A stretch of 64,000 bases of DNA from Fidelibacterota bacterium (GTDB lineage: Bacteria > Fidelibacterota > Fidelibacteria > Fidelibacterales > DSDE01): positions 96,001-160,000 of the forward strand of contig JBJKQR010000012.1 of assembly GCA_046735395.1 (NCBI GenBank), written 5' to 3'. The position numbers were made by a program, and so were the translations under genes. The first letter of the stretch is position 1. Each line of letters opens with the position of its first letter. This document shows positions 57,877-64,000 of this stretch, piece by piece. The notes under the pieces are model-generated. The model was given only the letters and a program-made list of their open reading frames with translations, was not told the DNA's origin and made no database searches.

Positions 57877-59967
57877 ATGAAACGATCGGCAACGCTGATA
57901 CTGATAGCGTCTCTGCTTTTATTCGGATGTGACAGAATGAACAGCAGCACGAAAAAGAAGGGGAATGTCAACCCATTTACCCTGACGGAATCACTGAAAC
58001 TGCGGTCGGATAAGGAAATGGGCCTGACCTGGGCAAAAGGGACCTTTCATTTTCGCGTCTTCAGCCCCAGGGCCACGGAAGTCCGTCTGGCTCTGTTTTC
58101 GAATTACCGGGGCGAAGCGGATGAAATTCATATCATGACCCGTGACGACCAGGGAGTGTGGGAATATGAATGTTCGGATGATCTCTGGGGCATGTATTAT
58201 GGATATTATGTCTCCGGACCTTCCGGAAAAGGGGAAAAATTTGATGCAGGTATCTGTATTGCCGATCCGTATTCGGAGGCCGTTTCCACCCGGAATACCT
58301 ATCGCCATCCGGGGCGAAGCCTCATTCTGAAAAATGATTTCAACTGGGAGGGTGACACCTGGCTCACACCACCCGATCCCCGTGATCTGGTGATTTATGA
58401 AGCCAATCTCCGGGATCTGACGGCCCATCCCTCATCCGGCGCCGAACGTGCCGGAACCTATCCCGGCCTGACCGAAGCGGATAAGAAGGGCGGCCTGAAC
58501 TACCTGAAGTCTCTCGGTATCAATGCGGTGGAATTTCTGCCCCTTCAGGATTTCGGTAATATGGAGATTCCCTATCAGCAGCCCGTGGACGGCGTGACCA
58601 ATACCTGGAATCCCTACGCCCGAAACCATTGGGGCTATATGACCTCCTATTTCTTCGCGCCGGAAAGTTATTATGCCTCCGGAGGAACCATGAAGCCCGG
58701 CGCCTATTCCGGAACGGACGGCCGCCAGGCTCGGGAGCTCAAAACCCTGGTCAAGACCCTGCACCGCGAAGGGATTTCCGTGCTCATGGATGTGGTCTAC
58801 AATCATGTCAGTCAGTATGATTATAATCCGCTCAGGTATATAGACAATAAATATTATTTCCGTCTCGACAAGAATTTCGGCTATCTGAGTGTCAGCGGCT
58901 GCGGGAATGATTTCCGCACCGAGGCCCCCATGGCCCGGAAGCTTATCGTGGATTCCATTCTCTACTGGATGAAAACCTACCATATTGACGGATTCCGCTT
59001 TGATCTGGCTGCCATGATTGACGAAAAGACGCTGAAACTCATTCGCGATGAGGCAAAAAAGCTCAATCCCAATGTGGTCATCATCGCCGAACCCTGGGGC
59101 GGGGGATATATGCCGGCCCGTTTTTCCGAACTGGGCTGGGCGTCCTGGAATGACAAATTCCGCAACGGCATCAAGGGACAGAATCCCCATGACCGTCTCG
59201 GTTTCATTTTCGGAAAATGGGATGAGGATATGGACCGCGATAAACTCTTCGGCCTGCTCACCGGAAGTCTGAAACAGGACAGCCTCACCTATCAGAACAG
59301 CCGGCATGCCGTGAATTATCTCGAATCTCACGATGACCTCAGTTTCGGAGACTTCGTCCGTCTGGCCATCGGAAAGAATACAGAAAATGAAGTCATAACG
59401 GATCTGGATCAGCACAGCCTGCTCACACCACAGGAGATGCATCTCAACAAACTGGGCGCCTTTATCCTGGCCGGTTCCCAGGGAATCATGATGATGCACG
59501 CGGGCCAGGAATTTGCCCGGTCTCAGGTGATATGGGGCGGTGATGTGCCCGATCCCCGCAAGGGCATGATCGACAATAATTCCTACAATAAGGATGATGA
59601 GACGAATTATATCAATTACCATACTGCCGCTCTCAACAAGAATCTGGTGAATTATTACCGGGGGCTCATCAAAATGAGGGAAGGCCTGCCCGAATTGAGA
59701 CGGGCCGACCGGAATGCCTGTGAACCGGTTTATTCTGAAAATACGGATTTCGCGCTGGGCGTCCATATCCTGCCTCAGGATGATCTGCGTGAATGTTATG
59801 TCCTCTGCAATGCCTCAGCGGAAAAAACGGCTCTGTTTGAACTGGGGAACGGATACTGGGATGTGTATGCCGATGATGCTCATGCCGACAGCGAGCCGAT
59901 CAGAAAAGGAATCATGGGCCAGACAACTGTGGCCCCTCAGAGTGGCATGATCTTGATCCGCCACTAA
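57877..59967 (+). CDS. Type I pullulanase-like GH13 lipoprotein
   Basis: Lipobox FGC, CBM48 FRVFSPRA, WGYM, MDVVYNH, DGFRFDL, AEPW, YLESHD and NSYN. Confidence 0.88.
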   Translation: MKRSATLILIASLLLFGCDRMNSSTKKKGNVNPFTLTESLKLRSDKEMGLTWAKGTFHFRVFSPRATEVRLALFSNYRGEADEIHIMTRDDQGVWEYECSDDLWGMYYGYYVSGPSGKGEKFDAGICIADPYSEAVSTRNTYRHPGRSLILKNDFNWEGDTWLTPPDPRDLVIYEANLRDLTAHPSSGAERAGTYPGLTEADKKGGLNYLKSLGINAVEFLPLQDFGNMEIPYQQPVDGVTNTWNPYARNHWGYMTSYFFAPESYYASGGTMKPGAYSGTDGRQARELKTLVKTLHREGISVLMDVVYNHVSQYDYNPLRYIDNKYYFRLDKNFGYLSVSGCGNDFRTEAPMARKLIVDSILYWMKTYHIDGFRFDLAAMIDEKTLKLIRDEAKKLNPNVVIIAEPWGGGYMPARFSELGWASWNDKFRNGIKGQNPHDRLGFIFGKWDEDMDRDKLFGLLTGSLKQDSLTYQNSRHAVNYLESHDDLSFGDFVRLAIGKNTENEVITDLDQHSLLTPQEMHLNKLGAFILAGSQGIMMMHAGQEFARSQVIWGGDVPDPRKGMIDNNSYNKDDETNYINYHTAALNKNLVNYYRGLIKMREGLPELRRADRNACEPVYSENTDFALGVHILPQDDLRECYVLCNASAEKTALFELGNGYWDVYADDAHADSEPIRKGIMGQTTVAPQSGMILIRH

Positions 59968-59998
59968 GATATAAATCGACCTTACATGGAGTATTTTA

Positions 59999-60259
59999 AT
60001 GCGTAAACTCATTATTTACACAGGGGAATGGTGTTCCGTCTGTCTTGCCCTGAAAAAAATGCTGGAACACGAAAAAATTGTCTACGAGGAAGTCGATCTC
60101 ACCAAGGTCGATGACTATAAGGAACTGCTGTACGAAAAAACCGGTTACTGGGGTACACCCGGCATCACGCTGGACGGTGAGGCACTGGGAGGTTTTCCGC
60201 ATTTCGTGGAACTGCTGCGGAGCGGAGCCCTGAATGACCTGAAGATGAAGGAGGACTAA
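59999..60259 (+). CDS. Glutaredoxin-like protein
   Basis: WCSVC, TP and GGF motifs. Confidence 0.82.
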   Translation: MRKLIIYTGEWCSVCLALKKMLEHEKIVYEEVDLTKVDDYKELLYEKTGYWGTPGITLDGEALGGFPHFVELLRSGALNDLKMKED

Positions 60260-61374
60260 TGTTTGATATACGGGAAAAGATTCTGGCGGAAGGCCTGGTG
60301 AATTATTCGGTCAATGCTCAGGCCGGAGAGAATGTCCTCATCGAATGCTTCAATGTACCGGACAGTTTTGTGATCCAGCTGGTTCGGGCGGTCCGGGCGC
60401 GGGGAGCGAATCCTTTCGTCTCGGTGAAAAGCGCCCTGATCCAGAAGGAATTGATCCGCAATTCCAGTGATGACCAGATGGAGCTGACAGGCATTCTGGA
60501 GACGGAGCGGATGAAACGGATGCAGTGTTATATCGGTGTCCGCGGCTCTCTCAATATTTCAGAAAATTCGGATGTGGATTCGGCGGACATGACCCGCTAT
60601 GAAAAGCTCTGGATGACGCCGGTCCATTTTCGGACGCGGGTTCCGCACACACGCTGGGTCGTTCTGCGCTATCCGTCACCGTCGGTAGCCCAGCAGGCCG
60701 GCATGAGCAGTGAACAGTTTGAAAATTTCTATTTTGACGTCTGCACTCTGGATTACAGCAAAATGTCTGCGGCCATGGATCCGCTGGTTGAGCTGATGCA
60801 GAAGACCGACAGGGTGCGGATCACCGGCCCCGGGACAGATCTGTCCTTTTCCATCAGGGGACTGCCGGCCATCAAATGTGCCGGTGAAGTCAATATCCCC
60901 GACGGGGAAGTCTTTACGGCCCCGGTCCGGGAATCGGTGAACGGCGTGATTCAGTACAATGCGGACAGCCTGTATCAGGGAACCGTATTCTCCAATATCC
61001 GGCTCACCTTCAAAGACGGCCGCATCACGGAGCTGAGCGGAAATCACCCGGAACGTCTGGAGGCAATTTTCAATACGGATGAGGGCGCCCGCTATGTGGG
61101 AGAATTTGCCATCGGCCTCAATCCCTATATCAACCGGGCCATGAAGGATATCCTCTTTGACGAGAAGATCGCCGGGTCCATTCATTTCACACCCGGTAAT
61201 GCCTACGATGACTGCGATAACGGAAATACGTCCTCCATCCACTGGGATCTGGTTCTCATTCAGACACCCGAATTCGGCGGCGGAGAGCTGTATTTCGATG
61301 ATGTTCTGGTTCGTAAGGATGGACGCTTTGTGCTTCCGGAGCTGGAAGGCCTCAATCCGGAAAATCTGAAATAA
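60259..61374 (+). CDS. Aminopeptidase, M29 family (AmpS/PepS-like)
   Basis: NIPDGEVFTAP, GEFAIG, LFDEKIAGSIHFTPG and SSIHWDLV. Confidence 0.92.
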   Translation: MFDIREKILAEGLVNYSVNAQAGENVLIECFNVPDSFVIQLVRAVRARGANPFVSVKSALIQKELIRNSSDDQMELTGILETERMKRMQCYIGVRGSLNISENSDVDSADMTRYEKLWMTPVHFRTRVPHTRWVVLRYPSPSVAQQAGMSSEQFENFYFDVCTLDYSKMSAAMDPLVELMQKTDRVRITGPGTDLSFSIRGLPAIKCAGEVNIPDGEVFTAPVRESVNGVIQYNADSLYQGTVFSNIRLTFKDGRITELSGNHPERLEAIFNTDEGARYVGEFAIGLNPYINRAMKDILFDEKIAGSIHFTPGNAYDDCDNGNTSSIHWDLVLIQTPEFGGGELYFDDVLVRKDGRFVLPELEGLNPENLK

Positions 61375-61483
61375 AATGGAAAATGCTTTCAATTCAATGT
61401 GTTGAAGCGGTTTTTTTGTAGCCTTCATCACATTAATCGGGTATTATTGCCCCTAAATTATGAAAACAAAAATCGGAGAATAC

Positions 61484-64000
61484 ATGAAGTTACGAAAAAT
61501 TGGGTTGGCTTTTGGTGTTGCTCTGGCTCTGTGGAGCTGCGTCGACATTGTGAAACCAACCATGTTCAAATGGATGGTTTCCATGGATTTCCCCATAACC
61601 TCCAAGACAATTGTGATGAAAGATTATCTGAAGGATCCCAAGATTCAGGAAAAAACCGTAAATGTGAACGGAACCGTTGTAGATAACGGCTTTGTCTTCA
61701 GCGATACCGTTGACATTCCCGAACAATCCGTCGGGGATCAGTTCAGTGTCAATGATATGACACCCCAGCATTTTGTACAGAATGTTGAGGACGTGCAGTT
61801 CGACGGAATGAGCCGGCACTTTTCCAATGGCTTTGATACGGTGGGCGTGGCGCCTGTATCCGAATCTGTCAGTTCTATACTCGGACCGGTCACTATGAAT
61901 GATACCGAACCTGATTCCACCGCTCCCATTGCCTTTACGGATCTGGTCAATGTATCGGCCATTCCTGACGGGAATCCGCTTGCAATCGCTCAGGGGAAGC
62001 CAATTCCCGTGATTTACAGAAATGTGAGTTTTTCGGAATTTACCAGCGCTACCTTCATTACGGGCCAGCTGCGGCTGAATATCATCAATGATCTGGTCAT
62101 TGAGCTGGGTTCTCCCATCACCGTTTCGCTGCTGAATACCGATTCGACGATTATCAGCGGCGGGCTCGGCGGTGACGCCATTGCCCAGTGGACGGCGGGG
62201 ATCAATCCGGGAAATCAGGCTCAGGAGGATATCAGCCTGGGCGGAAAGACCATCCCGGATTCAATTATCGTGAAGATTGAAGGTGTGGTCTGCGGAACTG
62301 CAGCCCGGAATGACATCACCAATACGGCGGCAACCCGCGCATCATCCTTTATGGTGACCATACAGGCCATCAATCTGGAAGTCAGTTCTGCCATGGCTGA
62401 GATTCCGGAACAGGTGATCGATACAACGGACGTGATTCAGCTCGAACCCTCAAATAATTTAGTCGAACGGTCCCGCATCCAGGACGGAACCCTAAGCATA
62501 TCGGTTCAGAATAACGTGGCCATCGATGCAGACCTGGTTCTGAGCATTCCCTCCATCGATACCACCGACACCGAAATTGGTCCGGTTGACACGCTGAGGG
62601 TTTCCGTACCACTTCCGGCCAATCAATTGACAGCCTACACAAAATCCCTGTCTGGATATTATCTCACCATGGATCAGGCAAATCAGGCCGTGAAGTATTC
62701 CTATCGCATCAAGACACGGGATACGGGGACAAACAAGGTTCTTGTTTCGGAAAATGACGGCGTTAATGTGGATATCCATCTCTACGGAGCCGCATCGGGG
62801 CAGGATATGACCTTTTCCACCTATCGGGGCACGGTAGACCAGGCTCCGCTGGAGGATTCGGGAGAGATCAGGATCACCTCGGACAGCGACATTACATCAG
62901 CCGTCATGGGTGGCGGCAGCCTGACCATTGTCATCACGAATAATATCAATACGACTGCAGTCGGCGCACCCGATTTCGTGATCAGCCTTCCGCAGTTTCT
63001 GGATCAGAATGAAACGGCGATTGTGAAGACGACCACGCTGCTTCCCGGGGCAAATACGATCAGTGTTCCGCTTGCCGGATACACTCTCGTACCTCAGAGA
63101 GCTGATATCGGCCTTCCGACGGAAAGACAGTTTATTACCTATGGAACTCAGGTCACGCTGCCTGCGGGTATTTCGGGATCCTATAATTTACTCGACAGCA
63201 TGCTTGTGGATGTGGACATCAGCGGTGTCACCTTCACGTCAGTGACCGGGTACTTCAACCAGAATGCCATGGTGGATTCAAACAGTATTCAGCTGGATAC
63301 GGATATCATGGTCAATGCGGCTGTCATCCAGTCCGGTGAAATGGTTGTGACCGTTCAGAATAACGTCGGTATTGTGGCTGACGTGGATTTCACGGTGGAC
63401 GAGCTCTTTACGCCTCTGGGTGAAAAAATGACTGAAAAAATTCATTTGACGGATACAACCGTGCCGGTTGAGAAAATCATTCCGCTTGTGAATTATACAC
63501 TGGACCTGCCGGCAGCAGCACCCGGCACTCCGCAGAATCTGGACTATGTATCATCCATCAGCCTGCCCTCCGATCAGCAGATGACCCTGAATTTCGGTCA
63601 GGATATCAATGTGACCGTGGAGATGCGGAATCTCAGTTTCCGCTCGGTGATCGGCAATGTTGACTCAATCGAGGTTAATATTGATCCGGTTGAGCAGACC
63701 ATTGACGCACTTCCGGAGGAGATGAAGGGTGTGAAATTCAGCCAGGTCGACATGACACTTCAGCTGAATACAGACATCAGTATTCCTCTCTATCTGGATC
63801 TGGATGTGAAGGCCGGCAATGCGGACGGAGATTCGGCGAGTATTCATGTGAATGACCGCATTCTACCGGGACAGCCGCTGTCCATACCGGGGGCCGAGAC
63901 GCTGATCAATATTTTCCCGAATGTGATTCTCGCGAAGGGGCATGTTATTGCTGACGGAAGCGGACAGATCAAATCCACCGATGTGGTGAGCGGTACGATG
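61484..64000 (+). CDS. Large beta-rich repeat lipoprotein, 3' end outside window (at least 839 aa)
   Basis: GGAG RBS and MKLRKIGLAFGVALALWSC lipobox. The frame is open to the window edge, with ~140-aa internal repeats. It is absent from the ORF track because there is no stop. Confidence 0.85.
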   Translation, partial: MKLRKIGLAFGVALALWSCVDIVKPTMFKWMVSMDFPITSKTIVMKDYLKDPKIQEKTVNVNGTVVDNGFVFSDTVDIPEQSVGDQFSVNDMTPQHFVQNVEDVQFDGMSRHFSNGFDTVGVAPVSESVSSILGPVTMNDTEPDSTAPIAFTDLVNVSAIPDGNPLAIAQGKPIPVIYRNVSFSEFTSATFITGQLRLNIINDLVIELGSPITVSLLNTDSTIISGGLGGDAIAQWTAGINPGNQAQEDISLGGKTIPDSIIVKIEGVVCGTAARNDITNTAATRASSFMVTIQAINLEVSSAMAEIPEQVIDTTDVIQLEPSNNLVERSRIQDGTLSISVQNNVAIDADLVLSIPSIDTTDTEIGPVDTLRVSVPLPANQLTAYTKSLSGYYLTMDQANQAVKYSYRIKTRDTGTNKVLVSENDGVNVDIHLYGAASGQDMTFSTYRGTVDQAPLEDSGEIRITSDSDITSAVMGGGSLTIVITNNINTTAVGAPDFVISLPQFLDQNETAIVKTTTLLPGANTISVPLAGYTLVPQRADIGLPTERQFITYGTQVTLPAGISGSYNLLDSMLVDVDISGVTFTSVTGYFNQNAMVDSNSIQLDTDIMVNAAVIQSGEMVVTVQNNVGIVADVDFTVDELFTPLGEKMTEKIHLTDTTVPVEKIIPLVNYTLDLPAAAPGTPQNLDYVSSISLPSDQQMTLNFGQDINVTVEMRNLSFRSVIGNVDSIEVNIDPVEQTIDALPEEMKGVKFSQVDMTLQLNTDISIPLYLDLDVKAGNADGDSASIHVNDRILPGQPLSIPGAETLINIFPNVILAKGHVIADGSGQIKSTDVVSGTM

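Noticed and set aside
58432..59766. 444-aa ORF antisense to pullulanase
   Set aside because: It is an antisense shadow frame.
59999..60259. Selenocysteine recoding in the redox proteins (glutaredoxin, rhodanese)
   Set aside because: The active sites use normal Cys codons and there is no in-frame TGA.

Overview
This is a gene-dense bacterial chromosome segment with about 52 CDSs. I found no rRNA, tRNA, CRISPR array, transposase or integrase. Signal peptides, beta-barrels and lipoproteins indicate a diderm organism. The gene content looks FCB-group-like (possibly Marinimicrobia/Calditrichota-type), but that is inference only. Housekeeping genes: hutH (partial), rpiB, rpsT, fur-pcrA-mltG-ahcY, tilS-hpt-ftsH-folP-cdaA, priA-tmk-ctpA-plsC, glgC, a methylmalonyl-CoA mutase catalytic subunit with mce, rlmN, purine nucleoside phosphorylase, pullulanase, glutaredoxin and an M29 aminopeptidase. 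Accessory and energy modules: a TetR-controlled MMPL/RND + LolA-like + outer-membrane protein operon with a perfect palindromic operator; a tandem solute-binding lipoprotein paired with a hybrid histidine kinase; and a double-rhodanese lipoprotein + nonaheme CbcL-like cytochrome c/b + sdhDCAB redox cluster. Other highlights are an RpiB with an EutT-like microcompartment-type N-terminal domain, an unassigned three-way-junction RNA overlapping a terminator, a probable CTG start for tmk, a VWA-TM-B-box protein, and a large repeat lipoprotein that runs off the right edge and is missing from the ORF track.
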